DNA of 64,000 nucleotides from Vicugna vicugna (lineage: Eukaryota): the NCBI GenBank assembly GCA_013265495.1, contig MU058669.1, forward strand, positions 248,001 to 312,000, written 5' to 3'. The position numbers were made by a program, and so were the translations under genes. The first letter of the stretch is position 1, and every line of letters begins with the position of its first letter. The notes beneath the pieces were generated by a model. That model was not told the DNA's origin and did no database searches. It saw only the letters and a program-made list of their open reading frames with translations. Positions 1 through 12,256 of the stretch are shown here, piece by piece.

Positions 1-1309
1 CGAGGAGCAGAGCAAGTTCCCAGCATTCTCAGATAACCCAGAGAAGGAAGGAGCTAGCACCGGGTTCCCGGCAGTGACACTGCAGCTGGTCTGAGTCAGA
101 GGGGGCTGGAAGGGGCGGTGGGGGCGATGAGGAGAGGTGATGCCAGGCAGGTGCTTGCTTGCGTGGGGGCCCTGGATCAGCCTCCTGGGCGGCAACTTAA
201 CCCCTTCAGGGCTGGTCCTGACTTCTGGGGCCCCCTGCAGATGTGGCCTCTCTCTAGGTTGCAACCCTATGGAGCGAAATGAGCACTGGGCTTAGAGTCA
301 GGACACCTGGGGTTTAGCCCTGGCTTTGCCACCTTCCATCTAAGGGACCCTGGCCCCATCACCTAAGCACTCGGGGCATCAGGTCACAACATCACCCCTG
401 AGTAGTTTCTAGGGGGCATCCTACCTTCTTTTCATACACCCTATTTCACTCAGTCCTCTTGACCATGCTGTGAGTTTTATGGAAAGAAAATCTGAGAGTT
501 GTCTCTTTTAACTCTGCCCAAGGCAGTGTGGGGCTGGGTAACTGTACCAGCGTAGGACAAAGCAAACCCACTCACCCTGGAGGCCTTCTGCCTCTGCTGG
601 CGGGGTCGGGGTGGGGCTGGGGAGTTTCCTCTCAGAACAGGGCTCTCCCTCGTCCCCTAGTGTGGCTTCCCACCACTCCCTTGCTCCTGCCAGCCTGCCC
701 GGTGGGACCCTCAGAACATCTCCATCTCTCTCTCCGAGGGCATCGGGCTGCCGCCTCCCCCTCCTGCAGCAGATCCTACAAAGCCGTGCTCGGGGCTCTG
801 TCGTTCCCTGGTGTCTCAGCACCAGGACTCGCTACTCTTAAGCCTCACTTGTGGAGAATCTCATCCCTGAATTTGCAAATGGTCCAAACGAAGCATTGGG
901 ATGTATATGGGGAGAGATGGATGACGGGGAGGGCTGAAAAAACATTTCCCCCTATTCTTAGTTAGAAAAAAGTCTTAGTTTTTCTCCTGATTTTAAAAGG
1001 GATATGTACTGATGATGAATGCATTCAGTGTCACAGACACACATTATTAGGAAAGGACAGCCACACTGTAGCCTTCCCACCCCAATGCCCCAAGGGGCCA
1101 TAGGCTCTCGTGGCACCATGGTTCAGAGGCCATCAGGGCAAGGGTTCAGCCTGAAGTCAGAGGAGCAGGGCTGAAATCCCCGTTGCAACCACACAACGTT
1201 GTGGAAGTGGCTTCACTCAAGCCTCAGTTCCCTCATCTATAAAATGGGGGCACACAGCCTGACGCATTACCACATGTGAGTGCTCAGTAACTTCAGCTGT
1301 ATCAGGATA

Positions 1310-1700
1310 TCCTTCTTAGGTGTTTTTGTTTGTCTGCATTTGTCATATTTTAAAATACTGAACATGAAATCACATATATACTATTTTCATGTCTTTTAAA
1401 ACAATTTTGGAGGCATCTAACTTCTTTTATATAATACGCCTCTGTTGGGATGTGCTCTTACTTATTTATCCCCTAAGGGTGTACATTTGGGTCATTTTCA
1501 GTTTTTCCCTATCATAAATAACGCTTCAACAAACAGCTCCTACCCTAAATCTTTGCTCATCTAGGCATTTGTCTCTCTTGGCTAAACTCCTCGGCCTGGA
1601 ACTTTTGGGTCAAAGACTGCTGTGCCTGCTTTGAAATGTAACAGATTTTGCCAAACTGCTAACAAAAGATGTACCCACATACATTGCCCCAAAGCCCCCA
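1310..1700 (-). mobile_element. Old L1M(E)-type 3' fragment
   Basis: Resembles antisense L1ME 3' region (…acatttgggtcattttcagtttttccctatcataaataacgct…gggtcaaag…gccaaactgct). Boundaries approximate. Confidence 0.55.
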
Positions 1701-2129
1701 TCTTTCTCACACTGGCTCAGCCATGTTGTCCTGCAGATACCTCTCTCTCCTGGACCTCAGAGTGGAAGATATCCTAACCTTGGCCTTCTGGGGACACTGT
1801 GTAGTCCCCTTTCTGCTCGTTCTGTCACCACCAGCTCTAATCCAAACCACCCTTGCACCTCTATTAAGTCCAAGGGCTTTCTCCACAGCATCTTATTTGA
1901 TCTCAGGCAGGAAGGAAAGTTGTATTAGCACCATCTGGGATGGGAGGGCCAGAGAGGTCAAGTGATTGGTCCAGGGTCTCCAGATGGACAGAGAGCAGAG
2001 ATGAGAAGCCAGTGCCCTTCCTTCTCACCACGTACCCTATCCGCTACACCACCATTACCCAAAGATGGAGATGTAAGTCTGAGAAAGGCAGGATGAAGGC
2101 AGCTGTATCACATAGGAATTGATGGAGTC

Positions 2130-2470
2130 ATTTAAAACGCCTATCATGGGCCCAAAACAGGGATACACAGATGGACAAGACCCACTCCCTGCCTCCAGGG
2201 AGCTCAGAGTCCAGTGGGGGATACAGGTCAACCTTTGGGTCACGCATTTGGAGCCATGCTGGGCGTGGTGTTGGGGTGGCTCCTAATCAGTACAGGGAGC
2301 TCAGGTAAGGCCAAGAAGAAGCCATCTATTGATATGAGTTGAACCCAAAAGGATGAATGTGGGTTGGCCAGACTATGGAAGGACATTTCAGGAAGAATGA
2401 ACATGTCTACGAAGATGGCCAGGCACATAAGCCTGGGGCTTGTGAGCAGTTCTATATGGCTGGGTGAGGC
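2130..2470 (-). mobile_element. L2 fragment
   Basis: gggatacacagatggacaagacc…cctgcctccagggagctcagagtccagtgggg is typical of the antisense L2 3' end. Confidence 0.6.
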
Positions 2471-2477
2471 AGATATT

Positions 2478-2927
2478 GGTGATTTGCTCTAACCCACCTC
2501 CATTCCTCTTTCTGGGCACAGTGCCTGGACTTTCCTTTGGGGAACCAGGAGGTTCCATCCCTAAGGTGGACCTATAGGAACCATCCCGCCTTCCTGGCTC
2601 TAGGATGGGCATGTGAGTTCAGCTGACCAATCAGAACAGTGCTCAGGGGTGTGTAAGGGACCAGCAGGCCAAGGAGACTCAACTTGGGAACTTCTGCAGG
2701 AAGGGTGGGAAATAGAAGCTCTCTTTCCACTGAGCTGCTTGTCTGAGAGGGAAGCCAACCCCAAACAAAACAGAGCTGAGGGACTGAGAGAGACAGAGCC
2801 TGAATGAGCTGGGTTAGTCCCTGGCTCCAGGCCTGAAAGTTGTGTGGCCCACAATTCTGATTTCTTTGCTTAAATCAGATTGACTGAGATTTTGGTCGCC
2901 CGTAGCCAAGAGTCCCAGTTAATGCAA
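2478..2927 (+). mobile_element. ERVL-MaLR LTR (MLT1J/K-like)
   Basis: Contains gggcatgtga…gaccaatcagaa and gaagccaac…cagagctgag…gagagacagagcctga, with a 3' end tttgcttaa…agagtcccagttaatgca. Similar to the element at about 16407-17010. Confidence 0.6.
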
Positions 2928-3964
2928 TGGGGAAGAGGACAACGGGGAGGGTCGGGGGAAAGCAAGGGGTGATGAGCAGTTTATGGAGGTGGGTGTAGGC
3001 CGGACTACAGAGTTAAAGATTTATCCAACCACCAGAACTGGGAAGCATCTAACTGCCTAGCAGGAGAGCTCTCATAATGTGACTGTGCCTTTTGGAAACA
3101 AAAGCTCTGTTGGCTGTGAGAGAGAGAGAGACTGAGAGAGAGAGTCAATGATTCTTCTAGAAATTTCAGAGCCTTTGGAACATCTTTTCTGGGGTTTTCC
3201 CATCAGGATAGATGTCCTGGTCTGAAATTGGAGCCAAATTGTTAATCCATCAGCCCTGATGGCATGTATCAATTTATCTTAATTTCTGAAAATACACTCA
3301 TGCCTTTCAGAACAGTCTCTCGTCTCTGTCACCAAGAAGAAAAGGGATCTCAGCGGAGATTAATCAGAGGGAATTTGGTCCTTTGTAAATGCTCTGCTCT
3401 GGCTGAAACAGAACACCGGGCATCTCAGGGAGCATCGCCGGCAGACACATGGGCTCGCCTGTGCCCTCAGCGCCGTGGGCAGGCCTTCCGGGGGGCCTGG
3501 GAGGCAATGCACTGGCAGAGGAGGCTCCGGCTCCAGGAGCTCGTGCTCTCAAAGCCTGGAGGGGGAAAGCCGAGGGAGAAAGGTCTCCCTGCCTGACCTG
3601 GGGGACTCCTCTTTACTGTCTCATTTCCACTCAAGAGTGAAGGAGATAACTGGACCAAATGTAAACTGGAGCCAGCATCGTCCCCCTCCCCATGAGAGAC
3701 TTTCAATATGGCTTCACTACCACGTCTTTTGTAAATAAACTGTGGGAAGAGAAACACCATTTGTTCTGTCGTAATTGCCTGACGAGCACCATCAGACGGG
3801 TCTTTGAAACACACAGAATGAAATCATTTCGGGTTTAGAAATTCCTTTGTGCAAATCTTTCTCCATGCGCTATTTTCCATGGAGGGAGTTCCTGAAGGGG
3901 GACTTCTGGACCAAGGAGCTGGACCAAGGAGCCGGGGTCAGGCCAGTGACACACCTGCTCTGAG

Positions 3965-4660
3965 TATTCAACCAACAATTATTTATTAAATGCCTTTGAA
4001 ACGGAGCAGGATCCCGTGGGGTCCTCCCTGGTTACAAATCCTTTCTGTGTCCCCCATTTCTTGTTGGTAGGAAATAGGCTTCATTCAGCCTCTTTGACTG
4101 TCCCTGAGTTCCAAAGGGCAGACTCAACAGTTGCTAATCGGGGAAGGAGGGGAGTGCAGAGACAAGGGAGGAACAGTCAAGAAACAATGGTGCAGCCTTG
4201 GAGCAGGGTCCTGGTTCCTCCTGAAGGAATATACACAACAGTGTCTTTGGGTTTTTCTGCAGGAACTAAGGCCCCCACACCCTGGCAACTTCAGGCTTAG
4301 CACAAGTTTCCTGGAGCATCACCCTATTACCTCCCCACCAACCAATCAGAAGAAAGTCACACACCCTGCAGCCCTCACTCCAAATTTTGTCTATAAAAAC
4401 TCCTCCCTGAAAACCATCAGGGAGTTCGGGTTTTTTGAGCTTGAGTCACGTATTCTTGCTCGGCCCTGCAATAAACCTTTCTCTGCTCCAAACTCAACAT
4501 TTCAGTTTGTTTGGCCTCACTGTGAGTCGGGCACACAAACTTTTGTCCAGTAACACCTTCTCCCTGTCAGGCAATCCTTTAGGTACTTGGGATATAGCAG
4601 TGAATAAAACAGACATAGATTGTTTCCCTATTGAAGTTTACAGTCTGGTGAGAAATCAGA
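3965..4660 (-). mobile_element. L2 3' end split by the solo LTR (L2 parts at about 3965-3996 and 4556-4660)
   Basis: Removing the LTR rejoins ttcaaccaacaattatttattaaatgcctt|ctccctgtcaggcaatcctttaggtacttgggatatagcagtgaataaaacagac, the antisense L2 tail. Confidence 0.75.
3997..4555 (+). mobile_element. ERV1-class solo LTR, 559 bp, inserted in an L2
   Basis: TG…CA termini and a perfect 4-bp TSD CCTT (3993-3996 and 4556-4559). Internal CCAAT (4342), TATAAAA (4392) and AATAAA (4470). Confidence 0.9.
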
Positions 4661-5194
4661 ACACAGATGTGCACATTTCTGGGAACACATTTGGGAGAAA
4701 ACTTTGTAAATCAAGCTTGTTTAATTGATGGACTGAAGAACTGTGAAGTTAGAACTCTTCTGACTCCTTATGTGTGATTTCACTGTTCCTGTAAGGATGT
4801 GACATTTGGAAAACTAGATTGCAGGAGCTAAGGATACTAAATAAATGACATCACTCACCAAAACTGCACCCAAGGCAGACATCACTAATCAATCACTACT
4901 CCCTTTCTGATAAGCTTGGATGCAGCCTCAGAACAGACATTAACACAGAACTGGGGCAGCCCCTACGAATGGATCAGAGTTCGCTACGAGAGGAAACCTA
5001 TTTCTGACTTTTTTGCCATTTCTACATTAGACTGTTACTATTTATTTCACCAAGAAGCTGCAAAATATCCTAGTAAATTGAGAAACACCCCAGGAGGGGA
5101 CAAAAACTGAGAAGAAAGAGCAAGAGATTGCAGCCAACCTCTTAGGCTAGTTTTCCTCTCAAGTGGTCTTACGTCCCTGAAGGGGCCTATGAAA

Positions 5195-5395
5195 CATGGC
5201 GAGTCAGGGTGTGGGCTTTGCAGTCGGGCAGACCTGGGTTCAGGTCCTGGTTCTGTTAGTTCCAACTGTGTAGGGTTTTGGTCTGAGCCCCACAGCCTCC
5301 CTGTGATACGGGTATAATAACGATATGACCTTCCTAGGGTTGTTGTGAGGATTCAATAAGCTAACACATGTGAAGGGCTTGGCATAGGGTCCAGC
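5195..5395 (+). mobile_element. MIR SINE
   Basis: gggctttgcagtcgggcagacctgggttcaggtcctggttctg…agggttgttgtgaggattcaataagctaacacatgtgaagggcttggcata. Confidence 0.8.
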
Positions 5396-5769
5396 CAGCT
5401 CGGATCAGGGCTGAAACTGAGTCGCTGCACAGCAGAGTGGATGCACAGTTGTTTACAGCTGGCATCCACTCCAACTGGTTAGTGCTTATGCCATCATCAT
5501 AAATATATTTAGTATCACCCGTAGATTTTAATACTAGTTTCATTCAGGGAGCTGGTCCCCTTACAGGAGACAACTTCAGAACTGCACAGGTAAAACAAAC
5601 ACAGACTGCTTTTCAAACCAAAATAATGTTTCAGTAGAATTCTAAGTTATTTCTTTGCTAATGAAATTCCCAGTTCTGAACTGCTCACCCAGTGGCACAC
5701 ATAATGACAAAGACAATAATGTAAATGATTTTTACAATATACATTAAGAAGCACCTAACAAGAATGGCC

Positions 5770-5945
5770 TTATTTAATCCTCTCAACAACCCTATGAGGA
5801 TTGAAGTATCATTAAACCCATTTTAAGGGAACCCAAACTGAGGCTCAGTGAGATGAGCGTTCTTTGTCCAAGAGCACAGAGCTGGTAGGAAATGGCAGAG
5901 CTACGGTCTGACCCAGGCAGTCTGATCCCAGCACCGAAGCTTTCC
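5770..5945 (-). mobile_element. MIR SINE
   Basis: atttaatcctctcaacaaccctatgagg…cccatttt…aaactgaggctcagtgag. Confidence 0.8.
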
Positions 5946-6344
5946 TTGCTGTGTGTGACAATGGTCCTTTGCATAAAAAGTTGATGCCCGACTTGGTGGG
6001 CATCAGGGTTGTGTATTCACAGGGTTCGGCCCAGGAATGGTGCAGGCTATCCCTCACAGGCTGGGGATATGCCTTACCAGGGCTTCCAGGGTGTGAGAAG
6101 CAGGCCCTAGCTGACCACAAGGGCACAGGACAAACCAGCCTTCCCCACTGCATTTCATCTGGGATCAACACAAACATCCCACAAAAAAGGGGGGAGAATG
6201 TGGCCTCAGAAGTTTGGGTGGTTACCTAGTAACCATCATCTCCTTGACTGTGATCGTCAGAAGACTTCTGCAGTACATGGGCTGGTCTAATAGGTTATAG
6301 TAAATGTTGATTTATTGACTCTTCAACAGTTTCTACCAATTATT

Positions 6345-6570
6345 AATAGGTGGCTGTGTCCCCAGGTTGGGTGCTAACCACTTTCTAGATATTATCTCAT
6401 TTAACCTTCACCAAAGTTCTGTAAGGTAGGTAGTATTACTATTCTCTTAGATGAGGAAAGAAAGCTCAGAGAGGTAATCGAACTTGCCCAAAGTTATACA
6501 GCTACTGAGTGGTGAAGCTGGGGTTTAAACCCAGGCTTTTCTGACTCCACAACTTGAGCTCTTAACCCCT
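6345..6570 (-). mobile_element. MIR SINE
   Basis: attatctcatttaaccttcac…agatgaggaaagaaagctcagagagg…aacttgcccaaag…aacccagg…ctgactcca. Confidence 0.8.
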
Positions 6571-6999
6571 GGTCTCTGCACATCAAACTCTAGCAGTGAC
6601 AGTTACAAAGGGAAAACTTGAGGGGGTGGCCAGCAACCATAAAGGCCATCTTGGTATCTGTGAGGCCAGGGGGCCATCCTCAGAGCAGAGCTTTCTCCTG
6701 GGCTACGTGTCTTGTTTGGCCTTCTAGGTTTTTCTTACCCTCTGCGGTTTTGCTGGGCATCTAAATGGGACACACATTCAGCCTTTGGCAGCATGAGGAC
6801 CCCCGCAGCTTCCGCTGCACACATACAATAAGCAGTGGCCGTTGGCTCCTGACTGGTTCCCCTGGGGAGCAGGGGGCGGCAGAGCCTGAGGCCTCCAGAC
6901 TCTTTCCAGGCCCGGACAGACATGAGGCATGCAGCCTGCCAGGACAGGGGCCAAGGGCGCTGTGCCCAGGACAAGGGGGCTTCCTGAGAGCTGGCTCAC

Positions 7000-7117
7000 C
7001 TTGAATGAGATCTCATACTGCTCCCCTCCCCAGATCTCCAAGCCTGGGTCGTAGCCGCCCAGCTCCCAGAACCACTTCCGATCCACGGCGAACAGCCCGC
7101 CAGCCATCACGGGAGAC
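7000..7117 (-). CDS. GALNT10: GALNT10 internal coding exon (about exon 7), 118 nt, Gal/GalNAc-T motif
   Basis: Translates as (E)[39 protein letters not shown]. Acceptor is cctctcccgacAG|G and donor is AAG|GTGAGC; phase 2 to phase 0. Confidence 0.97.
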
Positions 7118-8377
7118 CTGTCGGGAGAGGAACGTGGCGTGAAGACACGGCATCCCGGCCGTGCGCCCTTGTGCATCCTGCTCTCCGATACTGCTGTTTC
7201 CCCAGGCATGAGGTTCTGAGAACCCAGGTGTCCAGCAGGGAATCAAAGCCCTTCCTCCTTCTTGTCTATACCTCCTTCACAAATGCGACATTTTAACCGA
7301 CGGACCAAAAGTCCCTTGACACAGTGAACACCTAAGAGTACATGCAAAATGAAATCACAGTGCTTTTCCCCTGCGGACCTTGTGGCTGCATCATATATGT
7401 ATCTCCAGTCCTCCTGTTAGCTAAGCTGTCTGAATCAGATCTTTCTAAGCCTGTCTAGGCTGTAGATGGTCTTAGAGAGATGAAAACACAAGCAGCTCCC
7501 TTGGCCTTACCTAGACCTACAAAACAATCTCTGGGGGATGGAGTCAGGATTCTGTTTTCAGACAAGGTTCTATGATGATTCTTACTCTGTCAGCCCAGCG
7601 TGGACTTTTTCTCTGCCAAGCGTTTGTAGAAGAAGCTACAGTCCCTGCTCTTTCCGTTAAACTGGGAAAAGATGAACTCTACTCATTCATTCTCTCATTA
7701 GTTTATTCATCAAATACCAGCTGAGAAGCAGGTAGGGGAAGAATCTGGAGGTAAATCAGGGTCAGACTGAAACTTCAGAGGATGGCAGTGTGGCAGGGCA
7801 GCCACCTGAGGACAGAAGGATCCAGAAGACAGGTGGGGCGTAACAAGGGCCTCTAGGGGGTGCAGCCAGTACTCCAGGAAAGGAGGGAGTGTCTGCCTCC
7901 AGGTTTTGGGGGTAAGGAGGGAGGCTGGGGCAGGAATCAAGGAAGGATACTCAGGGGGTAGTGTTCAAGGTGGGTATGGACAGGTGGGAACCAGGGGGAG
8001 GGGAAGGCACTCAGGAGGGAAAAACATGAGCCCGGGCACAGAGGTGATAAACTGTGGGGTGCAGCCTGCCGGAGTCCCCCGTGGTGCCTCTTGAGGCCCC
8101 GTTTTTATTACCCTGTTTTATGCACATAGAAACCAGAGTACAGATGGGTGAGACTGTGCAAGACTTGCTCAAGGCTTCACAGCTAAGCAGCACGGCTGGG
8201 ATCTGACTCTCTAATCTAGGTGCAACCACACCCCACGTGGCCACAATTCCCATCAGGAAGGAGCAAGTCCAGAGGCAGGTGGTGAGTGAAAAGGACAGTG
8301 GGTCAGAAACGGGGAGACCCTCACTCCAACCTCAGCTCTCCTTAACCTGTGGTGGGACCTGGGATGAAGAGTTTAAC

Positions 8378-8568
8378 TCCATTTTGTAAATAATCATTTA
8401 CATATTTGTGTCTTTTGTGTCTTTTTTTTTAGATTCCACATGAGTGATACCATACGGTACTTTCTCTTTCTGGCTTACTTCACTTAGAATGACCATCTCT
8501 AGGTATTGACACAACATTGTAAGCTGACTATACTTCAACTAAAAAACAAACAAACAAACAAACAAACA
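8378..8568 (+). mobile_element. Short 5'-inverted (twin-primed) L1 insertion
   Basis: An antisense L1 piece (8378-8504) is joined to the sense L1 extreme 3' end (8505-8540) and an A6(CAAA)n tail. TSD AGTTTAAC at 8370-8377 and 8569-8576. Confidence 0.8.
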
Positions 8569-8585
8569 AGTTTAACCCGGGAACC

Positions 8586-8901
8586 CTGTGCTGCCTGGGA
8601 GCCACTGGCCACATGCAGCTACTGATACTTGACATGTGGCCAATCTGAACTGAGAGGGGCTGGCAGTGTGAGATACACACCAGGTTTCCCAGCTTTAATA
8701 CGAAGAAAAGCACAGGAAAGATCTCAATAATTTCAGTGTTGGTCTCATGTTAAAATGAGAATATTTTAGACATAATGGGTCAAATAAAATATATAACTAA
8801 AATGGATTTTATCTGCTCCTCTTAACCTTTGTTTAACGTGTCTATGAGGAAATTTAAAAGTACACGTGTGGCTTGAATTATATTTCTATGGGACAGCGCT
8901 G
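8586..8901 (-). mobile_element. MER33-like hAT-Charlie MITE
   Basis: The reverse complement begins cagcgctgtcccatagaaatataattcaagccacac and ends gccacatgtcaagtatcagtagctgcatgtggccagtggct…cagcacag, matching recalled MER33. Confidence 0.85.
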
Positions 8902-9695
8902 ATTTAACCTCTTTGAGCCTGGCTCTCCAACTACACAGGGATGTATAGCCATACTTCCTAGCCCACATTGTTAGGATAGTTCTGAAAGTATCTGGTACTA
9001 CAGGGAAACAAGGTGTTATTAAATATTAGTATCAATTTTCCTTTGTCTTTTGAAGGTTGTCAGGTTTGGGGTTTTTCGGCTGGAGCTGTAACGCTTGGAG
9101 GGGCAGAGGGTGGTTCTGACTCGGTGCTTCAGGAAATTCAACCTAAGACTCCGCACAGGAAAATGAGCCTGGGTGGAAGCCGGTGGCAGGGGCCGTGGAA
9201 CAGGCAGGGTTTTAGCTGTGAGGCATTTTGGATGCTTGAGACTTCGCCTGCAGAGGGAGGCCTCTCCTCCAGCCTGGGCTGTTTTCTGCTGTGTTCAACA
9301 GCAATCACAACAATTCTGAGCACTGTGTGCCACTCACCTTAGCAACATTCTCTCCAGCTCTCACAAAGCCCTATGACTGGCCCCCTTTCACATGGAGAAA
9401 TTTGAAATTCAGAAATGCGCTAGGTGCTCCGCTCAAGGGCATGCAGTTAGTAAGTGGATGAGCTGCGATTCAAATTGAATCTGCCACAGAGGCCCAAGTC
9501 TGTCAAACATCAGGACGAGGCCCTGTGCCCGCAGAGTGCCCATTCTCTGGGCTGCCTGAGGGGGGGTGCAGAAAATGACCATGATTTCTTAGTGGCGTCT
9601 TCTTGGGGTTTTGTCCGTGTGCAATGTAGAAGAGAGACTTCCGGAAGGAATTGGAGGGTTCAAAGGACGGAGAGTCCCTGGGGAAGCATCGGGGC

Positions 9696-9857
9696 CAGGA
9701 GGTCTCAACCTCGGCCACACGTCAGCATCACTGGGAGCTGATGCCTGGATCCCCACCTCCAGACCCTGGTGTAACTGGACTTGGAGGCAGTCTGGGCAGT
9801 TCTTTTAAAATAAACTCCTCAGGTGATGGCATCGTGCAGGAAGGGTTGAGAGCCCCT
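9696..9857. mobile_element. MER5-like hAT MITE
   Basis: caggaggtctcaacctcggccacacgtcagcatcactgggagct…ctcctcaggtgat…gttgagagcccct. Confidence 0.65.
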
Positions 9858-10708
9858 CCTCAAGGGCTGGGCCAACCCCTTTAATATCCAGACAGGAGTC
9901 CGAAGCTCCAGATGAAACTAGCTAGGCCTTTGCTTCTACCCAGCTGCATGACCTGCACCCACCCTCTCCCCATCCTGCAAACAGGAGGATGGGTGGGCCA
10001 AGACCCACCCTCATCTACCTATGAGCTGATTGATGGCAGAGGCTCAAACTTTTAAAAGGGGGTCCTGGTTATCCTGATAATTTTCCAGCAGCCAGTCCGA
10101 CCTGAGCCTCTGTTACATGTCACTTGGGCAAGTGTCATTTCCTATCTGAACCACAGGGTCCCCATCGGTCAAGCGGAGAGAATTCTACCGACACCCAAAG
10201 ACACTGCTGTCAGCTGGAAGTGCTTCTCCAACTCAGGCCAAATGTTAGTTACGCCTGTGATTAGCATTCTTCTCCAAGAATTCAGGGCAACTGGGGGCTG
10301 ACTGAAGAATACTAGAGAGCGCTGGCTGCATGACGTGGTACTGGCTACACTGTATCTGTGGACTCAGGAGGGCCTAATAGTTGTGTTTGACTGTGTGTAG
10401 GATACAGGAGGTCAGGACAAGAACACAAATGTCTGGCCTGTGGAGGAAGCACAGGGGCTCCACTCACACCCTCCACTCTCAGCTGGTACCACTCTGTCGC
10501 CCGGCCACCTTCCACTTCCTCAAACAAGCCTACCTCTTCCTACCTCGGAGCCTCCTCTGGGGCCCACAGTGTTAGGGGGTCCCCCAGGAGCCCTGGGTGC
10601 ACTGTGCCCATGAAGATGGCTGAGCTGCCAGTAGCCCCCTTTCCCAGATGGGGAGGGTGAGGCAAAGAGCAGCTGGGGTTCACTGGGGTCAAGCGGTGAT
10701 CAGGTAGG

Positions 10709-11268
10709 TGTGGTAGACAGGATAATACTCTCCCCAAGAAGCCAATGTCTTAACTCCTGGGACCTGTGAATATGTTGCCTGACACAGAGGGCCCTTGCAC
10801 GGTGTGATTAAAGATCCTGAGATGGGGAGATTATCCTGGTGGGCCCATAATCACAAGGGCTGAGAGTCAGAGAAGGAGATGTGATGATGGAAGCAAGAGA
10901 CAGGGAGAGAGACTGGGGAGGGAGGTGAAGGGGAAGGTGGGGGAGGTGAAGGAAGGAGGGAGAGAGACAGGGAGGAAAGTGGTGGGGGAGAGGGAAGGAG
11001 GGAAGGACTTGAAGATGTCACGCTGCTGGCTTTGAAGAAGAAGGGCGCTTGGGGCCAAAGAACGTGAGCAGCCTCTTGAAGCCGGAAAAGGCAAGGAAAG
11101 GGATTCCTTCCCAGAGCATCGAGAGGAAGCACAGCACAGCTGACAGCGACTTAGCCCAATAAGACCTTTTCAGAAGTCTGACTTCCCAAAGTTTAAGACA
11201 ATAAACTCGTGTTGTTTTAGTATGCTTGCAGTAATTTACTACCGCAGCAATAATTAGGAGACTAATCA
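10709..11268 (+). mobile_element. ERVL-MaLR LTR (MLT1D-like) with an internal purine-rich expansion at about 10900-11008
   Basis: tgtggtagacaggataat…ctgtgaatatgttgcc…gagatggggagattatcctgg…ctggctttgaag…ataaactcgtgttgtttta…gactaatca. Confidence 0.85.
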
Positions 11269-11840
11269 GGAATCTAATAGAGCAGGAGAGATGGGACTTT
11301 GGCTTTGTACCCAGAGATCTTCCCACACCTCTGGCAGGAGAGCTGGAGTGGCTCACATGACAGCTGCAGGGATGGAGAGCCCCTTGTGGAAGGAAGGACA
11401 TTTCTGGAGCTTGGGGTACCAGAGAGGGACTGTCCTGGGGCCTCAGGCTCCTTATCTGCAAGGGGCTGGGGTCCACCACCTGTAAGTTCCCTTCAGCTTT
11501 CATACCCCAGGATGCTATGGCTCCAGTCCACGTGCCCCCACACCTCCACCACAGGATAAGCTGGCATTTCCCTAATAATTCAAAGAGGGTGCAACTGAAG
11601 GATGGGGAATTGGCTCCAGAGGCAGACAGACCTGCACGGTATCTGGCCTTTGCCATTTCATAGCTGTGTGACCTGGAAAGGCTGCTTAACCTCTTGGAAA
11701 CTTGGTGTCCCTATTTGGAAAACGCAGATAATTTTTACTACAACAGTAATAACTGGTTGTTGGGGGTGTGCCTGGCACTTAGAAAGTGTTCAATAAATGG
11801 TGTGACGATGGCGAAGACCACGAGATGATTACAACTGTCA

Positions 11841-11857
11841 GCCGCCCCCTGCTGGCA
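11841..11857 (-). promoter_or_regulatory. Candidate CTCF binding motif
   Basis: Minus strand reads TGCCAGCAGGGGGCGGC, a close match to the CTCF core CCASYAGRKGGCRS. Motif only; no occupancy data. Confidence 0.5.
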
Positions 11858-12072
11858 GTCCTGGGGTGCGCAAGAAAGAGGTGACCAGCTTGGTGGTCCA
11901 TGAGCCAAGGTTCTGTGACAAGCTGGGAGGAGCTATGCTTCTGGTCGGGGAGGTCTGCACTGGCCCCTCTGTGCTGGACTTCTGGGGGGAGGTGGCGATC
12001 CTGAGTCGTGTGTGTGTTGGGGAAAGGTCACTGGGTTGGCCACTGGGATCGGCCTGGGTCGCTTGCACTTAC

Positions 12073-12256
12073 TCAAATGGGTCGCTGGGGTCAGCTTTCT
12101 GCAGCTCTGGTGGGATTGGGATCCGCTTATAGTACATCTCCCAGTCAAAGGCGCCCCGCATGGCATCCCCGGCCTGTGTCTCGTACCGAAAGTCGTCGTG
12201 GTCAATCACATCAATCATGGGGCACACGATGGTCTTGCGGTTCCGAGCGATGCGGT
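12073..12256 (-). CDS. GALNT10: GALNT10 internal coding exon (about exon 6), 184 nt
   Basis: Translates as (D)[60 protein letters not shown](E). Acceptor is cttctgcAG|AC and donor is TGA|GTAAGT; phase 1 to phase 2. Confidence 0.97.

Noticed and set aside
6778..7209. The full 143-aa ORF as a protein (likewise 12069-12329 and 15928-16254)
   Set aside because: Only the splice-bounded parts match GALNT10. The extensions are intronic read-through.
10851..11656. 212-aa and Pro/Ser-rich minus-strand ORFs
   Set aside because: They overlap an MLT1D-like LTR and its purine-rich expansion, so they are low-complexity artefacts.
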